A program made the translations under genes and the position numbers. Below are positions 13,101-25,100 of a stretch of 64,000 bases of DNA, one piece after another. The stretch is from the NCBI RefSeq assembly GCF_000002075.1, contig NW_004797795.1, forward strand, positions 409,134 to 473,133, in the 5' to 3' direction. Numbering within the stretch: the first letter of the stretch is position 1; each line of letters opens with the position of its first letter. Source of the stretch: Aplysia californica (Eukaryota). The notes below the pieces were generated by a model. The model saw nothing but the letters and a program-made list of their open reading frames with translations. It did not search any database and had not been told where the DNA came from.

Positions 13101-16100
13101 AAATCTGAAAAGCCTGGAGGGGGACAATGGACAGGTGGCAGCCCAGACGCCGATGTACCCACTGTGACCTCTGACCCAGTGAATCAGGAGGAGGAGATAG
13201 GCGAAGGCGAGGGCCAATGCAGGGAGCCAGAGGTACATAGGCAAGTACATGAGGGATCAAAGGTGACGGTGGTTAAGGATGTGGCCTGTTCAGTGCCTGG
13301 GACTGAGGACTCGGACACATCTCCCATGACGTCCAAAAAGTCAGCTCAAACAGATTCTGAAGAGACTTTGGCCGGTGAGAAGAACGAACAGTCAAAAGCG
13401 CGGAGCTCCTCTTCAGGTGATTTGTTGAATTTTTTTTTCTTCTCATTCATCTTCAAATGAATGTCTGTAGTATGTAGGCTGTTTTTTGCCACAGGTTTGT
13501 CAGGCTCCTGCTGAGTTTTGGGTCTCCCTGCATAGTTTGGGACCAATATTTTCTTCTAAGTACCACAAGCAGATTTATTTGCACTCTCTAAAAGCCTTCA
13601 TTTCCAGGCCTACTTTTCTTGGTCTTTGACCACAAAGTTCTTTTTACTTTGTACAATTTGCAAATTAGAACTCATTTTTTACTCCTTACCCATACCTTCT
13701 ATATGGCTGTGAATGCTGGACAATCACTAAAGACAGTGAAAATAAAATAGAAGCAACAGAAATGTGGTTTCTTAGGAGACTGCTAAGTAAGAGTATCATG
13801 GAAGGAAAAGAAATCAAAGGAGGTAGTGCTTGATGAAGCCCACATGGGACGCTCAATGTTAAAAACAATCAGGAAACGACAAATGCTGTTTTTGGGACAC
13901 CTGAATAGACATAAGGGTCTTGAACATCTAACTCTCACTGGAAAAATTGAGGGCAAGCGAGGTAGGGGTAGACCCAGAACAACATACTTAGGGAACCTAA
14001 ACAAATGGGTAACAGGGAAAGATCAGGGAAACGTAGCTTTTTTGAGAGCATCCGAGCAAAGGAATTGAATGGAAAACCATGATCGCCGATGTCTGTCGCA
14101 GATCTGGCACTGGATGATGATGATGACCCGAGGGGAGTAAGTGCTGGGCCCCGCCTTCCCTTTTATGAAAGATGGGAAAAAACCTATTGATCTGGTGAGA
14201 ACATAAACCCATTTTCATGCCCACTCTCAGCATGGAAAAGGTATACTGTATTTTGTCAATTTACTTATGTTATACTTATGCCAGTTTGTTAGTGTTTTAG
14301 AACCTCTAAAATGGCACTGTATGCTTCCCAGGAAGTTGAGATTTCTACTGGGGTCATAATATAGATTGTAAATCGTATAGAGCTTGCTATTTGAATTTGT
14401 GCTATACAAATATACTATCTTTTTTTATCATTAAAACTTGTATGTTGTATTACAGGGTCTGCACAAGTTGCCAGTTTGGCAGAGATGAGTGCACCACAAG
14501 CCATGGAGTACCTGACCACTGCCCCGCTGCTATCAGGTCAAAGTGTTGAGACAAAATCACGTCACAACAGCGGACTGTCGGGTTGCTCCAGTAGCCATGT
14601 GTGTGACTCAATATCTGGGCGTAGCACCCCGGAGCTAGCTTTGAAAACCAACACGGAGGACAGTATTTGGAACGGCAGCCCCAAACTCATTGGGAACATT
14701 GTGTGTATCATTCCTCCTTCTGCTATTCCGTTCAGCGCAGCCTCTACAGAGAAAACAGCCGAGACCTCAGAGAGAAAAAAGCATAACAGTGGATCGGACA
14801 TACTTTCACAAGAAGATAATAAAACTAAAGGCTCTACCGATGTTTTTTCCTCCAGCTTTGCTAAAGCTGTTGGGAAATCAGACTTTTCTCCCAGCTTTAG
14901 AACTAAAGTACTGAAAAGCACCGACTCTGTCGATAAAGAGAACATGGGTTCTGCTGATCAGGATTCTTCACAAGGGTCTGGAAAACCTGCAGTCACTCTC
15001 TCCAGGCCTAGCACGTCCAAACTCACCGAACTGACTGACTTCAGTGATCCTTTGCTTGGATACCAAAATACACAGGATGAGTCTATTTTCAGCTCGACCA
15101 ACACCCAAAAGATATCTTTGAAGGAGATTAAGCAGACACAATACAAACGTTTCCGGAAAGCTTTAGATGGTGTGCACCTTTCTGTATCTCCGTACCACAA
15201 GTACACAGTTCCTTTTATCCAAACAGATAAAGGTGCAAGATGTGCCGTCCGGAAGTTTTTGCCAGAGGAGATTTTCTGGTCAAGTCTTTTCGACGGTGAG
15301 GGTGGTCAGCGGTCTGGCAAGGTCAAATTGCTTGACTCCGATTCCTCCTCAAAACTGTCAAGCAAAAGTAACATTCAGATCATGGACTCACATGCCTTCA
15401 TTACCAGTAACCTGACAGAGCCCATCTGGGAGAACAGCATACAGGTGAGAAGAAGTTTGCGTGTGTTTTTTTTGTTTTTTAAAATCTTCTTTTCCTTGCA
15501 TTGTATAGGTCAAGATATGCCTTAACAAATTGTTGGCTGAGTGTCAGAAGTGACAATGATTAGTCACAATGTCCATTTTGGCCAACTACCTTTTGAACGT
15601 CCTTAATTTCCTTTGTCTCAATTGTTATGGTAATCATTATGGGTTTAACACCCATTTCAACATCATAAGGGTAATTTGTTTTACAGAGAGCCTGCAAATA
15701 GTTGAGAAAGGGAAGGAAATAATAACCAGCAATTTATTTAGTTTGTTTGTTTTGGTAGGTGTATTACAGCACTCACAACTGCATATGGTCATATGAGCGC
15801 ACGCGTCATATTAAACATTTTCAGTTGGTAGGAAATTTCGAATTTTTACCCATGTAGTGGCGGAAGCCTACTCTTATCGATTTTAGACCATCAAGGGATC
15901 TTTAATGTGGGCAACTTGCACCTGGGACATCTGAGATTTTTCACCCTTGTCCGAGAAGGCTAGGTGTAGATCTTATCTACCAGAAGATCAGGGGTGGGGC
16001 TGAAAGACAGCAGCAAAAAGGAGCCAAGGAGCAGCAGTAGAAAAGCTGCAGAAAGAGTCTGGAGCCCAGAGGAGGGGGCAAAGGAGGTGAGGGGGGTGGG

Positions 16101-19100
16101 GTCAGAAAGTGGAGATGAAAGCAGACGACAGAACATTGCTAGAGAGCAGGAAAGGAGGTGAAAAAGGACAATTTTAGAGAAGAAAATGTTTCCGTCACTA
16201 CCAGGATTCGAACCCGAGACCTTTGAATGAGAGGCCAACACCTTATAACCTCTAGGCCGTGAGAGCCCCCTCAAGAAACTTGTACTGATCACAAATGCAA
16301 CAACTTTCTAAACGTTACCTTTCCATTTCCTTTTACTAAAATGGTGCGCTTGTCTGCCTAAACATATGATTAGTTAGTTTGTCCTTCGTATGGCTTCGCT
16401 TCTGACTTTCAAACGCTACTCTTTTTTAGAAGAATCATCCACAAACAGACCACTTGTGGTTTGCGTGGTCAATGTCAGTATCAGAATTTGACTGTCTTGA
16501 TTTTTTTGCTTCTGTGGCTGCCTCTGCTTTACAAACTCTGTTTTTCTCTAAAAAAAAAAAAACTCTTGCGGCCACATGTCCTGGCATTATGCTGCTGATC
16601 GATTAAAACAGAAGGTTTCCCACTCATCTACATCAATGGAACAATCTTTCAAAGAAGTCTTCAGAGCGTCTTTGTATTTTTGTTATATTTATAATATATG
16701 CACCTGATATATGAATCCATTGATGTCGACAAAAAAAATGAGAAAGGAGGGGGGGGGGTATGACTGTGATTTTTAGCTATAGGGCTCCCGCAGTTTTGTG
16801 ATTAGTAGTTCCTTTTATTCTTTTGGTTCTGTGCATGCTTCAGTCAATCCTGGCAGACTTCAGAGCTCGTGGGGGACGAATCAATGTGCTGCATGACAAC
16901 AACCACAGACAACAACAGGCCATCACGGAGGCCTCTGGAAAAAAGATGGATGAGCTTTTTGGCCCCGACAATTTCTCTGGTGGAGGGCCTTTGTGGGAGA
17001 AGAAGGTTGGTGTAAAACAAATAGTCTTGTTTTATGAGTCTTTGTCTTCAATACTCTCACTTACCTTGTTGTATTTTACTCCCTCCATTTTCTGGACTTT
17101 CTTAGAGCTATAGTCTCTTCTTTTACGACTGGTGCTCTCGGATTTGTGTTAGTCTCAGCTGTGGTTTGTACAGATGGTTTGGTGATTTTTTAGTTGTGGT
17201 TCTCTTTGTTCTGTAATTTGAGAGTCTTTGAGAAAGACCAAAAACAAAGACTGGTTGAGACAGATATAGAGAGGTTTCATGTTTATTTTTGGAGTTTGCC
17301 ATGGGTGAATATTTTTTTTTCTTGGAATATACTTTTTTGTTGTACAGCACTCTGAACACTCTGATATTACGAAAGTGATATCTAAATGCTACCAATTATA
17401 GTTATTATTTTCATCATCATCATTAGTAGTAGTAGGTGGTTGGTTGTTGCTCTGGTATGGTTTGCTCCTCTTTTTCTATCTAATTACTATCGTCTTGATC
17501 TCTCCTCCTACTCTTTCTTATGCTTTATTACTCACTTGTAACACCTCTAATCTTCAGCACTTATATCACCTAATGTGTTTCAAGTGCCGTAAAACTTTAC
17601 TAAAACTAAACAGTAGTAGTAGCAATAGTAGTATTGTTAATATTGATCCTGTTATTACTATCAGTAGTAGCAGTCAGTATTGTAATGGTAAAGGTAATCC
17701 AGGTTGGCTCCAACAGGCAGTGCTTTTAAAAGCCAGCTTCCTAAATGGTGTCAATTGTGCTGGTGGATTCATAAAACACCTACATTGATATTTTTTTCTT
17801 TTCTGTCCTCTCCACCTCGTCTGCAGTTAGACTGCTTGGACCCCATGAATCACCAGCGTCTCATGGTGCTTTTCAGCAGTTTTTCCTTCAAGTCAAGTAA
17901 CCACCCATATCCTTGTGTGTACCCATGGTAAGTGACCTGACCCCTATCTTGCTTTAGGGAGTATGCTTTTAATATGTTATTGTTCTTAGAATGCTATGTT
18001 ATGTTTCAGCTGGGCTTAAAGTGTCTTAGTGGGTGGTTGGCAGACACTCTGGTATCGTTTGCTCCTTCTTTCCTATCAAACATCTCTAGTCCTTTTCTCT
18101 CTTTCTTTTTTTTTTTTTGGTATGTTACTCTCAGCAACACTTCTAATCTTCTCACTTATATGTCCTATGTGTATTGCAAATGTCTTTTTCAAAGAGACAC
18201 CTTAATGATGGTCCATTAAAATGGCTATCAGTAGGAATAAAATATCAATGATAGTGATGAGAGTTTAATATGCTGTTAAATTGTAGGTCCTTTACTTTAC
18301 TGAAATTGTAATGACCTGGATTGACAGAGCTGTTTTATTGAAGTCTTGTGTGCCTGCTGTTTGAGATTTTGCTTAAATGTGCATAGTCTTGTTAATCTTA
18401 ATGTTTAGATTTTTATGTACGATTGTAATCATCATCACCATCATCACCTTTCTCACTCTGCATCAGGCTACAGACCACGAAAACCTTCCACCTTTCTCTT
18501 TCCTGAGCTAGCTTCTTGATATTATTCCATGTCTTCCCCCTTATCTGAACATCAGTCTCTGTGGCTCTTCTCCAGGTTCCGCATGGTTTTCCTCTTAATC
18601 TCTTACCTTGTGGATTCCACTGCTATAATCACTTCTGTCTTAAATATTCTGTTTTTTTGTGCTTAAGTAGTGATAGTCACTTGAGTCTTAAATTTTTGCT
18701 ATTCATTGTTTATTTCCTTCAAATATAACTCCTCTTTAGTCACATCATTCTAATTTTTGTTTTTGCTGTATCTATAAACATTTTCTTCAAATAACTGGCT
18801 GATTATGTCTCCAGGGTGGTTACCATGGAGTTCTACGGACGTAACGACATCACCCTGGGTGGGTTCCTGGAGCGCTTCTGTTTCCGCCCGCAGTACTCGT
18901 GCCCCTCTCCCACATGTGACACACCCATGACTGAACACGTGCGTCGGTTTGTGCATGGATCAGCGTGTATCAACGTGCTGCTAAAAAAGCTGGAGAGTGA
19001 CGTGCCCGGTGGAAAGGAGAACATCCTCATGTGGAGCTGGTGCCGCAAGTGCAAGCAGGTCAGAGGTCATACCTTCAAAGAGGGTTGGGTCAAGAGGATA

Positions 19101-22100
19101 TCATATGTGGCACGACGTGATGGAATCAGGCGCTCGTCAGTTTTTGCGCATTTGGAGTTATTAGTATCACCTTAAAGCTTGTTCATTTGTCGTGCTTTTG
19201 ATGAAAAGAATACCCATTTATTTTGAAGAGAAGTCGAGATATTTATGATTGAATGAGATGGGGTCTGATTTTTGACTTCCAAAGCTTGAGAGTCTTTGGA
19301 AATATTGTAATTTTACATTTCTTGTGCTTAAATCATTGTTTTTAAGTAAAATCCACTCATCAGTGTATTTTTAAATAGACATGAAAGGTATTGAGCCCAA
19401 AAAAAAGAAAATTAGAAAAAAAAACAGCCCAGAGGCCAGAGAAATGCCGATTACTTTAATTATATTATTTTGACGAGCGCCGAATTTCACCATGACGTCT
19501 CACATATGCTAGAGGGAGTCGAGCCTCAGTAAAACTGTAAATAGACTCTTGGTGGGAGGGGAGTCATTTACCTGGCTGTGTTAATGCATTCTTAGTTATC
19601 TTTTAGTTTGGCCAGCAGTAGAGAAATATACCACCTGTTGGCCTGTTAGATATGGGGACTTCTCTCTTGATGAGGTAATTATACCGTGCTGTGAGGGTAA
19701 AATTTTAACCTGTTTCACCAAAATTCTCAGAATGGTCTGCTTTTGAAAATCACTTCCTCTTTTGATATGGTGAATCTTGTTTTAGTAAACTCACTTAAGT
19801 ATTCTTTCTAGATCTAGTATTTTGTTGAAAGAGAATGTTTTTGACATTGTCATTCTGGAAATTTGAGCGATTGTTTTTCCTTACAATTTCCAACCTTTAT
19901 CTTATGAACAATTCTAGAACATGGCTTTTATTTTTATTCACATCTGTGAAACATCATGGTGAAATCAGGCGCTCGTCCAAATACCGAAATCGAAGAAACT
20001 GGCTTTTTTCTGCCAGTTGGAAAATTTTTCTCTAATTTTTGGCTCATCACCTCTTATGTCCGTTTAAAAACACATTTCTGTGTGGATTTTACTTAAAAAC
20101 ACTGATTAAAGGCACAAAAATAGCAGGTTTTCAGTTTCCAAAGCCTTTCAAGCTTTGGAAATAATGCAAATTTGGCGGCCATTTTCTCGCTGAAATTTGG
20201 TGACCCCCGCCTCCTTCAATCACCAATATGTGACTTCTGTTCAAGATGGATGGGTATTTTTTTTGGTCAAATGAACAAGCTTTAATGTGATATTAATAAC
20301 TCTATATGCCCAAAATTTTATGAGTGCTCCAGGCTTTGACAAATTTAGTGTACTTCATTATGGAAGATCGGCATTTGATGCTCAACCTTAGTTTTTGAAT
20401 TATAAGAAAAATACTGACAGCATTCACTGGAAGGAACATCTAATAACATTCCTTTCCAGTCTCAAAGGGGAACAGAATGCTTATTTTTGTCAGCCTACAT
20501 GTGAGAGCTCCAGCTAACTTTGAACAAATGAGCAAATCGTCAGCAAACTGTTCACTGTCCTAAGCCCTGAATGCAACATTTTTCAGGAGCAAGAAAAAAA
20601 TGTGTTTTAATCTTTTCAAAGTTGTTCACTAATCATGTTTCTTTATTTGCTTTTTTTTTCAACGGAAGTCAGAATGTTTGGTGTAGTATATCTGAACAGC
20701 TGGCCTACAAAATGTCAGAACAAATGGCAAGAACAATATCTCATACAAAATCAAATGACTTGAGCTGCCGCAAAGACCATGAAATGATTTTGAAAATTTG
20801 TCACTTGTTCATTATGGTAAGTTTGTCACTCTCAAACCAGCATTTCGTTTCTCAATTTCTGCCAGGTTACACCCGTTGTGCCCATCAGTGGGGACACTTG
20901 GAGTTTGTCCTTTGCCAAGTACCTTGACCTTCGATTCAACTCATCCTCATTTTTGCGGAGAGGCTCGGCGGAGCCCTGTCCCCACTCTCTTCACCACGAC
21001 CACTTTCAGTATTTTGGACACAGAAACATCGTAGCCTCTTTCAAGTGAGCGACAGCTTTTTCTAGATTTGTGTTGTGTTGTGTAGAGGTGTCCTACACCT
21101 GAATAAGTGGTTAATGATGACTTCTTTTTAGAGTCTTATGCTGTCAAGATGACTATTCATTTCCCATGAGTATTTATTTTCATGCGAATCTTTAATTGCT
21201 GTTGAAAAGTATTCAACTTAATATATACATATTAAGTTATGGTTGAGGTGAATTCTTCCCCCCCCCCCCCCCCCCCCCCCCTCTCCCAGACCAATTGCAA
21301 TTGCCATTGCCTTTTCCCTGCCTGAATTTGGAAGAATATTCGTTCAGCTGATTCTTTTTGAAAAAACGTTTTTACAGTTAGTCTTGAAAAGTGTTTTGAA
21401 TTGGGGAAAATAGAGGTTGTGAATAAATGGATTGAGAAGGGAGTTTGATGATCTGTGAATGGTTCATTGAACATTTTTCGCAAAGTTAACATAACAGCAT
21501 TCAGCAATGGTTGACCATATGGGTATTTAAAATTAGTTGACATGGAAAGTGTTTTCAGTGTCATAAATCACTGTGCCTGATCTAACCCAAATAATTTATA
21601 ATACACATTACCTTTACAGATTTGCCAACATTTCCTTGAAGGAGCTGGCCTTACCTGCCACGATTGTGTCCCTGCAACCGCCAACATTTGATTCTGTTGC
21701 TCTGACAGAATCTGTCAAGAACATCACATACAAGTGAGTATTTCTATTAGCTCTGCAGTTGTAAATGGGGTTGGTGGAAGGAGGATGGGTGAGTATAACT
21801 TAATGCTCATGATTCTATTTACAAAGAAAGTTTTACTTATGTGCTTCTTGATACCTAAAAGAAAACACTGCGTCCTTATGGGCTACCATAGCTCAGGCTC
21901 ATGACAGCTTCAGGTGGGGTTTACAGACAAATTTTAAATGTAATTTCTGTGTTGTGGTTATTTTTAAATTGTAGAAACCTTTCTTGCATGTGGAATATTT
22001 GATGCAGGCCAGGTTCATCGAGACTCTACCCTTTCATGGCATCCGGGCATTTTTTTTTTTCACTTCCCAGAGCCATAGACCGGTACAGCCTGATCTTGGA

Positions 22101-25100
22101 GAGTACCATGAAGCTGAAGCAGGAGCTGACCAGCGAGTCCCAGACGCGCACCATCACAGAATTCCTGGCGGAGCAGCAAGCCGACAAGAAGAACTTCCGC
22201 GATGCCGCCACCAACATACAGATGAAGGTGAAGGAGCTGATCCACTCTGTCAACGGGTTGATCAACAGTGGCCAGACAGGTGGGAGAAAAGATAGCTGAT
22301 TGTTCTGCTACTCTCGTACTGGATATTTTAGTTCTTTTTTTATTTAGACTCCAGTGGCATGGCGGGTGATAACGTTCTTATTATTTAACTCTTTTTACGA
22401 GTGTACTCGTAAAGAGGACCAGTCGGGGCTACGAGTAAACTCGGAACAGCAATACGGTCACGTCAAAGAAGCTAGTTCTGCTTGTAATTACCAAAATATG
22501 CAAATACGGCGATGCTAGCTCTGTCTGAATATTTTAATTTTCCAATGAACAGCGGTTTGTTTGTTTTTGATGGGTGTAGAAGCTTGAAAGATGTCTAGAA
22601 AACGCACATTCAGGACTGACGAATTACTTTTTGAAGTACACTTGGGTTGTGAAGGGGAATGAGACTCATTTTATGAAAGTGACTCTGAATCAAGTGCCGT
22701 AAATTTCGTTGTGGATGATAACAAACAGGACTTAGACTCATCTAATAGCGCGATTCAGATCATGGTGAAGGGGTCAGTACTGGTGTTCATGCTGTATCGT
22801 TGGGTAGGGCTAGATCTATAAAATCCAATGGGACGTCGTGTGTGCGGCAATCAGGGTCAAGTTGGAGGGTGGAATACACCTCAAAATTTACATTCTGCAA
22901 TTGGTGTAATTCCTAACCACTTACATTTACAAAAACTGCATACAATTTCTAACTTAACTGCCAAATTTCCTTAAAACCTAAGAGTAAACATAAGAAATAG
23001 AGCACTTTGAAATATACACCCTGAATTCCGACTCATACGGCACGGCAGCTCCAGAACGGGTACAGAATCCACGGGGGTACGGCCAGGATAAAAAGAGTTA
23101 AGTGCCAGAGATCAGAAATGGACATTGGCAATCGGGATTTGCCTCTCGTTTCTTTGATCTAATAAGAAAGCCCTTTACTATCCTGGGTTTTTTTTCCATC
23201 CGCCATCAGCGCAAGTGCTCAAAAGTGTTCTCAAAAATTTGTCGCATAACTTAGTGTAAAATATATCCTCAACTGAGGAACATAGACGCTCCAACTTTTG
23301 CACAATGTCTTGTGTCAATTTGTCTCAAATTCAGTATAAATAATATTTTAAAAAGTCATTTTGTTGTGTGTGTCCTATTGTAGTGCACTTAACAGCTCAC
23401 GATAGACATTTTATGTTTGTATCTGAATAAACTTATGGCCATACAGCTGTTTTACACCACTTCTAAGTCTTTCCTTTACTCCAGGAGTCTCAAACTTGCT
23501 GTCCACAGACCAGTTGAGGGGCTCTCGTGGCCCAGAGGTTAAGGTGTTGGCCTCTCATTCCAAGGTCCCGGGTTCGATTCCGGGTAGCGACCAAAAAATT
23601 TTCTTCTCTAAAATTGTCTCCTTTCACCTCCTTTCCTGATCTCTAACAATGTTCTGTTGTCTGCTTTCATTTCCACTTTCTACCCCCACCCCCTCACCTC
23701 CTTTGCCCCCTCCTGTGGGCTCCTGACTCTTTCTGCAGCCTTTCTACTGCTACTCCTTGGCTCCTCCTTACTGCTGTCTTTCTGCCACACCCCTGATCTT
23801 CTGCTAGGAAAGATCTACACCTAGCCTTCTCGGACAAGGGCGAAAAATCTCGGAGGGCTCGTGTGCAAGTTGCGCACGTTAAAGATCCCTTGGTGGTCTA
23901 AAATCGATAAGAGTAGGCTTCGGCCGCCACCCGGGCAAAATTCAAAATTTCCTACCAACGAAAAAGTATTAGGTGTGTCCCGCGCGCTCATATGACCTTA
24001 TGCAGTTGCGAGCGCCGTAAAACCCTATACTAAACAAACAAACAAGACCAGTTGAAGCCCCTCCCAGGGCAATGTTTTTTCTGCCCTTACTTGACATCAA
24101 AGTTTAGTGTTTGTGCGGCTCACGCGTTTTCTCACATGCATGTTTTTGCCAAGGTGTTGCGTTTTTTATCACTTATGTCACTTATGTGTTACCATAGCTC
24201 AGTGACAGATTCGGGTGGTGTTTGTCGACAAGTGTTTTAAAAGTTAGTTCAATGTTGCAGTTATTTTTAAATTGTAGAAATCTGTTTTGTATGTGAAATA
24301 TGTGATGCATCCCAGGCTCACTGAGACTCTAACCCTCATGGCACCCAGTGCCTGCTTTACTGTTTTGTTTTTTATTTGAGAATGTGAGATATAAGTGTGT
24401 GAGAGTTTGTTTTTCGGGGGTAGGGGTGTTCACATTTTTAATTATGTTGAGAACAAGTAGAGTAAAGGCAATATTTAAGAATGTGAGATATAAGTGTGTA
24501 AGTGTTTTTTTGGGAGTTTTTTCGCGGTTCCTTTTTAAAAAAAACTTTTAAAATTATGTTGAGAACTAGTAGAGTAAAGTCACTATCTGCTTTCTTATCT
24601 TTGCTACATGTGTGTGGTTTTTATTCTCTCTCTCTCTCTCTCTCTTCAGACCTGGACATGACCTTCCATCTGTACTCCATTTTTGACAACATTCAGCTTC
24701 TGAAACGGCACATCTGTGAGGATGTCAACAAGTGGAACATGAGGTGATTACCTGATTCCAAATGTGAAGCAGCGTGGTGAAATCAGGCGTTATTCAAAAT
24801 AATTAAATTAATTAAAGAAACCAGCATTTTTTCGTCGATTTGGCAATGTTTATTGAATTTTTGTTTTTTGGCTCAGTTATTTTTATCATATTATTATTTA
24901 GATCACTCACTGTTTTCTCTGCTGTTCCTTTTCAGTCCGCCCAAGAGGCACTGATTTCTATGAAAACAAACCGCAGTCAAAAATGTCAAGAGACGTCCAC
25001 CCGTTGTCAGGGAGGAAAGTGGTTGTTTGAGACAAGTGGTCACAAAAATTGCATTGGAGGAAATGAAAATTGGACATTTGTAGAGATGATTGTCTTATAC

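Noticed and set aside
12839-15444. Large low-complexity exons as a novel domain insertion
   Set aside because: PIKfyve orthologues normally have a long variable linker between the CCT and CCR domains.
17444-17788. Recurrent ORFs like [18 protein letters not shown] as a small gene family
   Set aside because: They are translations of R2 repeat copies with inconsistent frames.
23518-23592. tRNA-Glu-like gene
   Set aside because: The acceptor stem does not close, and it is the head of a TSD-flanked SINE with a second copy at 15741-16270. The same applies to the tRNA-like heads at ~63268 and ~33800-33872.
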